DNA of 64,000 nucleotides from Iphione sp. A-MEVVRFRX5 (GCA_976226885.1 OZ320322.1:47554001-47618000); one strand, 5' to 3'. Shown: positions 25,901-39,071, numbered from the stretch's first letter. Notes: generated by a model from the letters alone, not told the origin. Numbers and translations: made by a program.

Positions 25901-27131
25901 TGTGTGGATTTATACAGAGAAACACAAAGTTGGACTGCCAGGTTAAATAAAATTTTAAACAGGCATCCACTCCATACTACAGAAGGTCACAGTGATGTTT
26001 CGCTAGAAATACTTTATAGGGCCTACTAAAATAATACTTTAATCTTCTAAATAGCAAAAGGCACACACATGTCATACTAACAGGATGGGCACAAGCAAAA
26101 TACGAAAGTAATATCCACCTGTAGCAAAGTACGGCTTTGAAAATAGACTTTGTACACAAATGTGTAGCATAGATGGAAGATACACGAACGCCGGGCATCC
26201 TGGAAATATGATAACCATCACGCGATCCTTCGTCTTGAATGGGAAGCATGTGGCTCGCTTAGGTATATCACCTGAATCACGACAGTTTTATTACCAGACA
26301 AACACAATTAACTTCTGAGTTTGATATTCCACTTTAGATTCAGTTTTACTTAACCATATATTCCGTGGGTAGTTATATACTCCAGGCGTTCTAAGAGTCA
26401 GACCATTTGGCTGGACTCCTCCATCAAGTCTCTTATCGCACACTGTTCCTCATCGACTTCATAAGATCATATCGGAAAAATGTATTAGTACTGTTTCAAT
26501 AAAGATACACTCTTCCACTTCCCTGTAGACCACTTCGTTTTCATATTATCCATGTGAGGAAACATCTTAATTAGAAGAGAATCTAGGCGTCTCTTTGTGG
26601 CAACAAGAAAAGATCTTTTGTAAAGGTATCTGGTAGACCTGTGCAAGTTACAATCGGGGTGGATGCGACAATCATTGTAATACTAAGCAACTCTCCTCGC
26701 CGCCCGTTCCTGTGAATAAGAATGCCTCTGAGAGAGCCCTACCTGTTGCCCGTCCCGGTAAATAGTAGTGCCTCTCAGACAGCGCTGTGGAGGCCGGGAG
26801 GAGAACGCTCGGGCAGGACTGGCCTTCATGCTCTGTTTCAGATAACCCCTCCCACCTACTACTCACAGCCAAGTGTCTCATCCGGCCTGCCCTTCCTTCT
26901 CTCCACTAACATAGCTTTATACGCCTGGCAAACACTTCTTTTGGTCCTTGGGACAAAGATTAATCCCTGCGGAGGGAATACCCCACATGGAGACAAAACA
27001 CGAAATCTTACGTCATGTAGGCTAGTGACATAGATCGACTGACTTGATGCACTCTCGTTCTGTCGGTGGAAAAAATCGTGTTATGCGACATATCGAATCA
27101 GGAAATAATCATACACATGTATGTGTCGCGT

Positions 27132-27316
27132 GGGCGCAACCGAAGACTATTCTTTGGTGTTCTACCATTTGACGTATTTCTTATTAGCTTGATTGCAGAT
27201 AATAAAAAAGATTAAAAATATATGGGCGCAACCGAAGATTATTCTTTGGTGTTCTACCATTTGACGTATTTCTTATTAGCTTGATTGCAGATAATAAAAA
27301 AGAGTAAAAAATATAT
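27132..27316. repeat. Recent 92-bp tandem duplication (2 copies)
   Basis: GGGCGCAACCGAAGA(C/T)TATTCTTTGGTGTTCTACCATTTGACG... starts at 27132 and 27224, nearly identical. Confidence 0.95.
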
Positions 27317-27479
27317 ATACGATCACAAGCGAGACGTGGTAACGACATATTTGGTACATTTAGAAAGGTCATGCCACTTTTTCCTTGATGGCCCTTCCTT
27401 CTAAATCAGTGGGGTTACCTCCACGACAGACAGAGGGCGCAGATTCAGACGGCAGTGGTACCTCGAACGGACTCGTGTG

Positions 27480-27850
27480 TATTTTCTCAAATCACGCATG
27501 CGTGGTCACATGGTTTGCCATTCTTCCACACGACAACATCCTCGGCAATATAAATCACCGTCCATTACACAGAAACAACATCACTTGAACAAATCACCTC
27601 TCCCGCATGCTCGGGCGGGCGCCCATGCGCAGTGCGCTCGCATCACGGAAGTGAAACTCTCGTGGGTTGGAGGTGCGGTGTGTGTGGGCGGGCGTGTGTG
27701 TGGGGGGGGGGGGCGGCGCAACTCATTGAAGAGGTGCCCCACAGCGACACCGTGCTGGCCAGACAGTGGCTCTACCCAACCAATCCCCACCCTGACACGG
27801 CAGCCCAGGCGTGTGACTTGCCAGATCACGTGGATAAATCTGCTACGGAA
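27480..27850. promoter_or_regulatory. CpG-rich promoter-like motif cluster
   Basis: ACGCATGCGT and CATGCGCAGTGCGC (NRF1-like), GGGCGG GC boxes, CGGAAGTG (ETS, 27646-27653) and CACGTG (E-box, 27827-27832) within ~370 bp. Confidence 0.4.
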
Positions 27851-30589
27851 GGGTGTCTGATGAAGCTTTCATATTTGTGTAGAATGTGTTTTTTTTTGCC
27901 TCGCCTAACTCTCCTTCACTATCGCTCTCTATCCCATCCCCCCCCCCCACCCCGCGCGCTATTTGTATGCTTGATGAATATTCTATTGCATCTACTGCCG
28001 TTTTAAAGACGGCCCATCATGTCATGTTGGTTGGCTGCGCTGTGCTGATGAATACAAGTGGAGATCCGTTATTACCTTCCGAGTGCAACGTTCGCTCTAT
28101 CCCAGCGACTGGGCTGTATGACAACGAGCATCAACCTGTTTATTAAGTGACGTGTGCTAGGACTCGGACTCCTGTACTTAAAGGAAAATAACATTTCACC
28201 ACCGTAGAATTTAGTATGTTATATTACTGCCTACAGTAGCAGAGCAGTTCACGCATATAGGTTTTGTAATTTTACCAGAGTAATACGAAATGTCTGAATC
28301 ACGTGAAAAATACAACAGGCCCTCCTCTTAATTTTTTTTCATCCCCGTTATGGAAATGTGGAAGTTTTCCTTTAGGGAAATCATGACTCAGCACTTCTTG
28401 GGCACAGCTGTGTGCAACAGGTGCGAGACACCGAAACGAATTTGATGTTCCTTCTATCGGGAGGCACTCAATAACATCCGAGAAGTCGCCACTGGAAGAT
28501 ACGGAAATATATACATGTACATGTACACGTATCTTACAGATAATATCCGTGCCTATAGGGATAATGTGAGGATTTTCCTGAGTTAAGTCTGGTCAATGGG
28601 ATCCAAAGGATGTTACGAAGACGTCCCGACTGATACCAGGCCGTAAGGCACAATGCGGTGGTGCCAAGTGCTCCCTAAAACAGCGAGGTGTTGGAACAGT
28701 GACATTTAAAAAAAAATACATATAATGAATAACTTCAATCTGTACCGGGTAAATCTGCTTGGAATAGTGAGTATACCGGAATAGTGAGCTAAAAGAATAG
28801 CGAGGGGTTTCTGAATAGACATTCTTCCCGATGTGAAGTGCAGGAGACGGAGAATAGTACCCGCGAAAGTGCATGAATGACAGGTGTTCCTGAGAGCAAT
28901 TCGTGTCTATTGACTTCAAAGGGGCCTGAGCACTGTTTCTTCTGCTCGTAAGGCCTCCCTTCAGCGACTGACAGCAACTCTATGTAAGTAATTTGATTTA
29001 CTAGTAACTGCTCTGTACTTGTTCATATTTATATTCAAATCGCCTTCAGATCGATCACATTTCAATTTGATAGTTCACGTAATAACCACTAGGAGGTGCA
29101 TATGTGCTTCGTATTGGAAATCAATCTGCAAACCAACCACGCCCCGACTGCGACCTGCTAAGAGCAAACGGTGATCGCATTATAGCTAGAGTTTACTGTT
29201 TGTTTCTGTACGTAAAACTTGCTTGACTCAAATAATGTATATTTTATGCATGTTTAGTAAATCCAAGCTACTGCTGCACTGGTTGTTGAAAACTGTTCCA
29301 GCAGAGAGATATTTGATCAATGCATGATATAACACTATATACACTAAGTCATTTATCATATTTATACTGCTTTGAATAATTTCTATTATGTTCACCGGTT
29401 GATATGTTGGAGAACTGCTGACAAATTGGCATCATTTCAGTATATTCCATGATTGACGGTAGTTAGCGAGGGATTTGTTTGAATTGGATCAGGTACCTCG
29501 GAGACCAGATTAATAATGTATCTGTACATTCACATATATGTACATACAAACTTTCTGCAGCTACCCAGTGTTAATTTACCTGTTCTTGATGGGAGAAAGG
29601 GTGTTTTACTCCGAATGGCACTCCTTTTAAGAAAGGAATACTCTTCTCCGAAGTTCTTCGGCACTGTTCACTGTTCAAATGAAACTTTTGCTCTTCAACT
29701 TGTAAAAAGAATATTTAGTTAGTAATTACATGATTGAAATAGGTCTATATTTTGTCATTGCGACAATGCATTTGGACGGTCTCAACGGAAGAGTTTAATG
29801 TACAAGAGTTGTCATCACTGCTGAAGAAAGCTCTTGGAATAATCCAAAATATCGAGTCGGACTACTGCCAGCTAATTAATGCCATTTAATTCAACCAAGT
29901 CTTGGACATTGGGTCTTACTTGTTTATACAAGAATTTACATTTGCGTTATACTACGTATCCACGGATTAGTGTAACCCTGAAATGTTGAAATCCCTTTCC
30001 TCCGAGGGTACATGTACACTTACTAACTAATTAAGTAATATTTTTAGGCCACGAGTTGCCTCGGAGAAGCTCAGCATATGCTCCTATAGGCGACAGGTCA
30101 AGGAAACCGCCTGGATCCATATGCTGGAAGAGAAAAGAAGTCAACCGTGTAATTAGATATTGCATCACTGTTAGACAGGAGAGGACAATGATCAATAAGA
30201 ATGTAATAAACAGGCACGAACATGACATAAGTCGGTTAACGATGGGTGACTGTAATCAAGGAAGGCCTACCCAGAGGAACCGCAGATAGACTTTCTGAAA
30301 GGGTAGCGAGGCCAATTCGTTCAACCCACCATAGTGCCGAAAAACCATGAAAAGAATCTATTCTTTTGTACCTTATGAGACACAGCATCCCTGTTTAGAC
30401 TTCTCCACATTAAGAATCACTAACAAGAATATCTAAAATCTGGACATGCATGAGATATAGCAAGGAAAAGGTCATTCAGTGAAAATATAACAACATAATT
30501 TTATAGCTATCTTTTTGTGAAAAAAAGTGTTGAAGGTACAAGTCTAATCGTCCACTCAAAAAACAAAAATAGCTAAATAGGAGTGTAGT

Positions 30590-31010
30590 AATTGATGGAG
30601 AATTGATTAAAACATTACATTCTAAGTATGACATTGCTGGTACTGAAAAAAGAATGGATATTTTCACTATAAATCTACTATATAAGATGGTTAATTTGGA
30701 TTTACTACCACTTGAAACAAACGTCCTACTACATCATTTGATAATAAATGTTTAAAATTGAAAACACCAAAATATGAATTGGTTAAAAGGTCTTTCATTT
30801 ATAACAGATATAAGGTCTGGAATGATCTTGATGTACTTTATAAGAACAGTGGAACCTACAATGAATTATGTGCGTATTGCAATATTAATTGTATGTAACT
30901 ATACATATACTGCCAACATTGAAACATTTCATTGTATTTTTCTGTACAAATAACAATGCCTTTATAAGGCGACTGTCAGAAATAAAATTTCAATCTATTC
31001 TATTCTATTG
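30590..31010 (+). mobile_element. 3' end of an L2/CR1-type LINE with polyA signal and (ATTCT)n tail
   Basis: KRMDIFTINLLYKMVN...(frameshift)...LKTPKYELVKRSFIYNRYKVWNDLD matches the CR1/L2 ORF2 terminal YKxxN...RSFxYxxxKxWNxL pattern. Ends AATAAAattt caatctattctattctattg. Confidence 0.7.
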
Positions 31011-31244
31011 TATATATCTTGTCATATGATTCAACATTATGTCATTCAAAAAACCTGAGTAATGAATTTTTCCAGTATGCACTAGTGTGTATTAGCCATC
31101 TGTTGCTCATAAATGGTCTCTGACTAATTATGTAATGCACATGGATGCCATAGGCACAGAAGTATATAGCAGATAGCCTTTGAATCAGGTGAAACTTTGT
31201 AATATGACTGAAAAACTATGATCACCACACATTTCTTCACAATT

Positions 31245-31370
31245 TTCATACTTCTTTTCAGCGACAATCACCGGTTTTTTTCATACTTTTTCCAGTGACA
31301 TTCACCAGTTTTTATACTTTTTCCAGTGATATTTGCCAGTTTCTATACTTTTTCCAGTGATATTAACCAG
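31245..31370. repeat. ~30-32-bp minisatellite, 4 degenerate copies
   Basis: Unit approximately ATACTTTTTTCCAGTGA(C/T)ATT(C/T)(A/G)CCAGTTTT repeated four times. Confidence 0.85.
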
Positions 31371-34300
31371 CCATATTGCAGGCATAACACAGCCATAAGG
31401 CAGCTCTGATGCACTATCAATAGACACCCCTATGCATTGAGGTGTGTGACTGCAAAACACATGAAAAATGCATGTTAATGTACACAGATGGCAAACGCAG
31501 GTGAACACACTTCATCGCGTGTAAGGAAACTGGCCCTAACAGATACATGTAGTTCCTGAAAATGTGTTCTGCAAACTAAACAAGGATCTCTAGTAATATA
31601 AAATGATTTTATCAAATATACACCATTGTTTATCTATATTTCAATAAAACTTGCCCATAGACAAATAATTATGTTGCATTGTGTCTGACAACCACCACAG
31701 CTGCTTTGGCTGAGGATATGGCTAACCGTAGTTCATTAATTGAATATATATATCATTAAAGAGAAAGAAGCACATCTTATAGATATATATTATTTAGCTA
31801 ACGGTAACATTTGCAATACAAACTTCCTATTCCAATACAATTTCCTATTGAGTGTTATGTTTGTTGTTCGAGTTAATAATGTCCTAATTAATACTATCAA
31901 TACGAATATAGCGAACCAACCACCCAGTATCGTAGGATATCAACTGTGGGTCACTGTGACGGGTTTATTGCTGTTTTCACGACTCGCTTACTTTGTTGAC
32001 CCAGCCGTATGAACAACTCTACATTAAGATGTTTCATAGGCTTTTAAAGGACCAAACGTTTTAAAGTCCTTTTCATCGTCCTTTACTTAGCTATGTGCAG
32101 CTGATTGCAATGGTGTTAAAGAAGCCTTATCAACTGACCTGCCTGATTTCTAAGTGAACGTTTCTTACTTCCCCTCTACATTCGTACATGTATAAACTTT
32201 TTCTCTCGGCCAGCGACTCCAACCATGTAAGATCTACACACCGATGTTCGAGGAAATCCGATAGATTTATGCTTCTGAGATAAATTTCAATGTTTCCCCG
32301 TTTGCACAGGCACTGGAGGTCACACTTAAGCTGCAGGCCCTTACATATGTAGCTGCCAATATGAGAAGGTGGCAAGCTCACATGACCTACTCAAAGTTGA
32401 CATGCAGAAACCATGACATTGCAAGATCAAATTTAGTGGCAACGTTTTGATGTTTAAAAATGAGTGCGCTGTCAAATCTCTTCAGTGTGGTTATCTGTCC
32501 GCAGGGCATTGATGACCTTATGATGGGAAGTGTATTGATTACAGGCGAGACAATACCTGATAAAGACGAAATTGGCACTTTCTGGTTTATACCGATGTTG
32601 AGATGTAAAGACAATAGCGATTTACTTATCCTTTAATATTATCTAATTTGCTAATAACCCTATCACGTAGAAGAATCACGTGAATACACTTGACACATTT
32701 AATCAGTGTCCTCAAACTAAGTGGAATTTTATCACTGTTTTATAGTTTCTTCCTTCTACAGCCGATTCATTGTCCTAACACAGTGATTTACAAGGTTTGA
32801 GACTGTCGAGTGAGGCCCGCTGAACCGAAGCGCGGACAGCCGCATTCTCAGGTCAACCGTATAGATCTTCAAGTGGTTATTACTTGTTTATTCTAATTAC
32901 TTTAGGTTAAAAGGATGCATTCATGTGGATTTACTTGAAACGCATCCTGGTTGGTTAACCGGACTTGACAGTGGAGCTGACGTAATCAGAAAAAAAGACA
33001 TCTGGGAACTCCTACTGCACCATCCCCGGGCGATGAAGCTAAACAACCGGCTTGCAACAGATCCTGGCAACCCTTGATATGTACTTAACTCTGGATAGAG
33101 TCATTTCTAAAAAGATATTTGCTTTTTTATGGTAGTGATCATAGCTTTGTGACAAGTGTAAGGAACAAGACCTCTAGTGAGGCTCGTGGTCGGCTAGAGC
33201 CATCCGACCCATCTCTCATACACATGTTGTAGATGTAATATCAGCTCTGCCGAAGCGTTTATCAGAGAACGCTATTCCGAGATTGAACAAGCGCTTTTTG
33301 TTCAGTTGATCAGTTTAGCCGTACTTGAATGAAACCAAATAAGCCAATTTGAATTCACAAAATGAGAATTCCGATATGTAAGTGCCTTTCACATTAGATA
33401 AACTCCAGTCCCAGTTCCATACATTCGGGTGATAAGGATATTTAGTTGATGCTACCGATTTTTATTGTTATAGTATTGCGATGATGGAGCAGATTTCAGT
33501 GGTAAACAGGGTTTTCCCCACCATATATATTCGATCGTTAGAAGAATGACCAAATAATATCTGAACCAGACCAAAGCAGAAACCAGATTTTAACAGAACC
33601 AAAGGCACACACTTCTATACAAAAAGAGAATACAGAGGAAACGCAGACTGCAATAGAGACCAGATTTTTTTCAGTACCGGCGATGGCCTTTTAAATGAGA
33701 GTTTACTATAGTTTAAGATGTGGAGGATGTAGTCACATCTAAAACCTGTGGCCTGTTGTTGCATAAAGGATGACGGCCTGTATGATAGATAGAGACGAAG
33801 AGGAACGTTTTCAGCAGTGAACTCAACTTTTATAGCATGTCGTCGATTATGTCGTCTGTATTTGCTAATTATAGCTCTAAGGTTTAATTAACGTAACTTC
33901 CAAATAGTCGTTCAACTGAAACAGCGACTAAAATACCGTGGGGGCTACATCTATGCCATGCAATTATGGATCCAGAGACACGTGGGGGAACAGGAGGCAG
34001 ATCGTTACATGCAGTTCGTACGTGCCTTACGGAAACGTCTCCGGTCACCGTCTGGTGGAAAGGTCATACCTGAGTATCACGAAGGAAGGCCAACAGTGGA
34101 GGATGGAGGACCTCAAGAGTTCCACAGATGATCTATTGTACGGTTCATGCTCTGAGACTTCTCATATCATGCGGGATTATTTGTGCTACAGGAGCACTTC
34201 ATGGAGGACCTTTCCGATTTACTTGTAGCTGTTTGGATGAAAATTGAAGACGCCTAATCTCTTTCAAAGCGGTGTATCTATATGGCTTTTGTTGACTACC

Positions 34301-35289
34301 ATATGAATACCAAGAGTGGCAGGTGTGGCAAGTACGACGGGGGATGTGGCCACTACCAGCACCAGGAGTTTCATGGCTTGGTCATCAGAGAAATATTCAA
34401 CCAGTTTCAAAAAAAAGATTGAAGCAACAGGTTAAGTATGGGCCGGGTTGCGATAGGCTTTAAAATAAAAGAGATGTGTTCTGCCTGGAAGTCGGAACGG
34501 ACTGTTGCAGCAGATGATTGCTGCATCCAAGAATCCAGAATCTAACGGGACACACCCAGGATGGGAGGAGGTCTGCTAGTTGTTAGATAAAACATTAGAG
34601 TGTCATTTATCACGCAACCACTTGCAAGTAGTTGGGGTTATAAAGCACCAATAGAGAAAGGTTTTGGCCAGAAGAGAACGTTTTCCTGTGTATTTTCTGT
34701 ATTTAACTTCTTTACAGAGGCAATCATTCGCCAGGAGTGACCAACTCTTGGTAGAGAACACTACTTAAGAACGAAAAAGGCATGTTTCACTCACAAGGAT
34801 GATATCCCAACCTAGAGGAGGCGCTATTCTTGCCTCTTTGATGGGGATCCACGCCCGGGAGAGGTGCGAGTGCATTACTCGACACATGAAGGAGGCACAA
34901 TTCTCGCCTCTTTGAAGAGTATCCACACCTGGCCGAAGTGCCAGCTCATTCCCCACACCTGGAGAAGCCCTGGCTGCCCAGGAGGGTACATGAACTGCAG
35001 CAGGCCACTGGAATCATTCATTCTCCTGCTGCCATCCTGCCATCTACCCCCACCATTATGCCCTCTGCCGATGTCCTCCTACCTTCTGCCCAGGTTGTCG
35101 TGCCATGTACCCCTGCCATTGCTCCTTCTGCCAGTGTCCTCATACCCTCTGCCCATGTCTTCCTGCCATCTACTCCCACCATCGTACCTTCTGCTGCTGC
35201 CCTCCTACATTCTGCCTGTGGCATCCTGTCATCTACCCTTGATATCATGCCGTCTGTCCTTGTCTGTCTATCCACCATTATGTCTCCCA

Positions 35290-36540
35290 ATAGGAATGTC
35301 TTGTTTGGCTAGTGAAGGGAGGAGTCAGAGCATGCTTGCTCAGCAGTTCAAAATAGGCAAGACATAGGTTTGCAATATCCTGAAGAAGAAGGAGTCCATT
35401 ATTGAGGATTTTGACAAGTCCTTCAATCCCAAGGCTAATAGAAAGAACCTGACCCCTAACCTCACCATCCTGGATTAGACGATGTTCACATGCAAGGGTA
35501 TGCAGGTCTCTGTGTCTGGGCCAATGATCAAGGAGAAGGCCCTGATCATCAGCAAGGACTTTGGCATGTAGATCTTCTCTACCTCCACTTAGGGAAGAGG
35601 CACTGCATCACTGGAGTCAAGGTCTTTGAAGAGAGGGCCTCTGTCCCTGAAGAGTTAGTGCAGCAGTGACTTGAGGGTTGCCCACTGTCTTTGATGGCTA
35701 CAAAGCAGAAGACATTTACAACATTGATGAGACTGGAGTATTCTTCGGAGTGCTACCTGATAATATTCTCGCTGTCAGCCTTCAGAAACCTGGATTTGAA
35801 GGACCTAATAGTAACATGAAGATTGAACAAGAAGGTCTTGATGGTCACTTCACTCTTTGATGAGTGGCTCCAGGCCTTCAACAGGAAGATGGTGTTACAG
35901 AAGAGGAAGGTGGTATTGCTCTTGGACAATGCACCATCCTACCACCATCATGTCAGCCTCTCCAATATCAGGATGGTGTTTCTGCCAGTCAACATCACTT
36001 CCCTGCTACAGAGCCTAGATTGGTGGATCATCAGATGTATCAAGAGTAACTACCACAAATCACTCCTCAGACATGTGCTCTGCAAGATGGACAGTGGTGC
36101 TGATCCCCAGACCATCATGGAAAATGTCGATGTCCACATGGCAGTTACCTAGATTAAGGTAGCTGTGAAGGCTGTGCCAGCCAGCAGAGTATACACGTAC
36201 ATCAAGAACGCTGGTGTCAGTCCCGATCCAGGTGATGCTGAACTCAGCCTCTCCCAGCCTAAAGAGGATTGTCTCCCCTGGTACAGCTGCTAAGGAGGAT
36301 GCATAATGGATGGAAACTCCCAGAAGCAGCTTCGACCAGGGAGGAGTATGAGGCTCTGACAGACTGCCCTTCTCTTGACCCTAGCGACATGGGCTTGGAA
36401 CAGTACCTCATCAAGGAGGCCAAGGAGAAGGCTGCAGGTGAAGTGGATGATGGAGATGAAGATGATGATCCCATCCCAGGAATTCAGAATAACCACCATA
36501 AGATCATGGACATGATGGAGCATGTCAGGATTTACTGTCT
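35290..36540 (+). pseudogene. Decayed Tigger/pogo-family (CENP-B-like) DDE_1 transposase
   Basis: In order: SQSMLAQQFKIGKT*VCNILKKKESI (CENP-B N-terminal HTH), VSGPMIKEKALIISKDFG (second HTH), GYKAEDIYNIDETG (first catalytic D), VVLLLDNAPSY and LPVNITSLLQSLD (DDE_1 core), and an acidic tail. Several in-frame stops, frameshifts and an internal deletion. Confidence 0.92.
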
Positions 36541-36589
36541 TTTCTTCTGTCTGTTCTTCACCAAAAATATATACACGGGGGTGGCAAGA

Positions 36590-36611
36590 GGTCACTGTAT
36601 ATACAGTGACC
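36590..36611. repeat. 22-bp perfect palindrome GGTCACTGTAT-ATACAGTGACC (back-to-back TIR-like ends around TATA)
   Basis: Direct reading; ...CACTG|TA|TA|CAGTG... resembles two Tc1/pogo termini abutting at TA target sites. Confidence 0.8.
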
Positions 36612-37919
36612 CTCAATCTACCGATTTCTGCCGTTGCCTTAAACTGTTGCATTTTATAGTAGTCAGAGGTATATGCTGATTATATAATCCATCTTTTCCA
36701 AGCAAGCAGAAACACTCTTCATAATTTGGAGGTCTTCAAGGTGTGAAGGTGTGAGGAAAGGTGCGACGAAAGTAGCCCACTCCGCTCACATCTAAAGAAT
36801 AACCCAAGTGACTGCAGGATAAGGGATATGACCCTGGGTACCTTAAAATGGCTAAAATTACTGAACAGTATCGTTACGAGAATACTGTGAAATTAATTCC
36901 TTTTCGGTTGCACTTTGCTGCAAGATTGTTGCATTACGGAGGCGATCGCAACCAGGAGTGGTGTTGGGGTTGCTGTATATACAGGGAAAGCTCTATTTAA
37001 TGACCAATCGCAGGCGGACACTGATCGCTATAATTGGTGGTTGTTTCAAAATATTTTCAATATATTAAAGTGAATTTTCCCAGTCTTTGTAAGAATGGTT
37101 GTTACACAGACGTGGTTGCTAATAGTATCCAATGTATGTATGGAATGACTCTGTCCTGAACCAAAAGCAAGGTATGAAAGCCATTCCAGCAAGATCTGAG
37201 GGCACTGACCACGGTTGAGTAGCCAACTAATTCACTGGCCCACTATCCCGTTTGTTACGGCTAACCGCAACTCAGGAGACGAAGATACTCAATGTATGTC
37301 AATTTGATACAATCTTTATACAAGGACTTCCCCAGGCTCCTTGCAACCTACCTGATGGCATTGGCCGATTAGTCAAACACACTACTGATTTCATGGAACT
37401 CACTCTCGCTGGTGGCATACCTCCATGATTGGATTATCAGTACCATCTTGTCATGGTTGGTGACCTGGCGCCTGGCGCATTATGTAAGCAGTCCCCTGCT
37501 CCCAGAGGCCAGGAGGTCGCAGCATTGGACACTCCGATTATACCTTGAGGGAATGGCTTTGCATAGAGTGATAGTGTTGTGCCAGTGAATATGCCAGAGC
37601 TGGAACAGGTGTAACGGACATTGAAGTTACATGTATTCAGTTTGGTGGCACCAGCGGGATAAGATATACAAATACGCAGTAATCATACATGTTTTTCGCC
37701 TTTACGAATAATCTCCCAATCCATTCTCTCGTTCTTTTATAATCTTCTTCCTAAAATATGATATGATAAAGAGATATATTTCGAAAGCTCGTGTGATTAT
37801 ACCACACCCCAGTTCAAAATAAAAAGCCACAGTTTAGAAACGGTCGAGTTACTAGCTGTTTATTCAAACATTGTCCTTAAAAAGTACAGATTGCATGTCT
37901 CCTTGGAAGTGGATTCGGT

Positions 37920-38200
37920 GTTTGGTGGTGGAATCTATTGCCCTCTGCCATGCAAGATCGAAGGGCTGGTGTTAACCTATATGAGGGATAGGGAGTGTTC
38001 TCCATCAAAGAAGGATCTCGCATTGCATCACTGGCCTGGAGGGCATTCTAAGAATCTGGCTGGGAGTCATGTATTTGCAGCAAGTATAAGAGTCCTGCAG
38101 GGTTCTGTCTCTCGGGCATCTTCCACTAGCACCTCTCAAGTAAGGCATCTCTCAAGGGAGGCAACCCTCAAGTCAAAGCCAGACATTCTCTCTGTCAAAA
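37920..38200 (-). mobile_element. Possible RTE-type LINE 3' remnant
   Basis: Minus strand SQILRMPSRPVMQCEILL*W...AWQRAID resembles the RTE terminal HxLRMPxxRxxKxxLxW...W motif. Weak and broken. Confidence 0.3.
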
Positions 38201-38391
38201 AGACAGGTTGAATTCAGCTTGGAAAGACAAATCTGTTTCCTTGTTGGTTCAGGAATGTTCGACCCAAATCCTAAGATGTGTTTTTGTCAAGCAAAATATG
38301 ACTGATCACCGTATAGCGGTGATCAGTCATACAACCACCACACAACCATCATACAACTACCACACCACTACACAACCATCATACAAGCAAC

Positions 38392-38792
38392 ATACAACCA
38401 CACAACTTCAACGCAATCGCAATGGTCTGTTGAACACTTTCCATGCAAGTCTTGGTATTGTGGTTGATGTAGTGGCTTACCTCATTTGGTCATATAACCA
38501 ACATACAACTACACAACCTCAACACAATTACAATGATCTTTTGTCAGCTTTCCTTGCAAATTATTTGTCTGTTTGGTAGATGTTGTACCTTGACCCATCT
38601 GGTAATACAACCACCTCACCTCAACACAATTGCAATCGTCTGTTGTCAGCTTTTGACCATGCAAAGTATTGGTAATGTGGTAGATGTAGTGGCTTGACCC
38701 ATTTGGTCATACAACCACACCACCTCAACACAATTGCAATTGTTTGTTGTCAGCTTCCCTTGCAAAGTCTTGGTAATGTGGTAGATGTGATG
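38392..38792. repeat. ~102-111-bp minisatellite, 4 degenerate copies, preceded by (ACAACC)-rich low-complexity sequence
   Basis: Anchor TCAAC(A/G)CAAT at ~38408, 38519, 38621 and 38725, each followed by ...TGTCAGCTT...TGCAAAGT...GGTAATGTGGTAGATGT. Confidence 0.85.
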
Positions 38793-39071
38793 GTTTTCCC
38801 CTTCTGGTTAGTGGTAATCTAGTAGGACTTGCTCTAGTGATCTGGTAATCAGGTGATCCAGTAAGAGTTAATGGCATTGCATGTAAATACAAGAGGAGAG
38901 GTTTAATTGAATAAACAGACACTCATGCAATGATCACTTAGAGTGAACCAGATCTACCTGTGTGGACCCTTTTTTTATTACACAGTTGTTTTGCCGGCCT
39001 CAGGCATACAGTATATTGGACCTTAAGAGAGATTGAGCAGAGGATATCACTGTGTATAATGTTTATTTATA

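Noticed and set aside
33938-34228. Possible Gypsy C-terminal remnant (YMQFVRALRKRL)
   Set aside because: Single weak motif.
37330-37480. MULE-like segment (SWRYATSESEF) on the minus strand
   Set aside because: Too short and interrupted to support.
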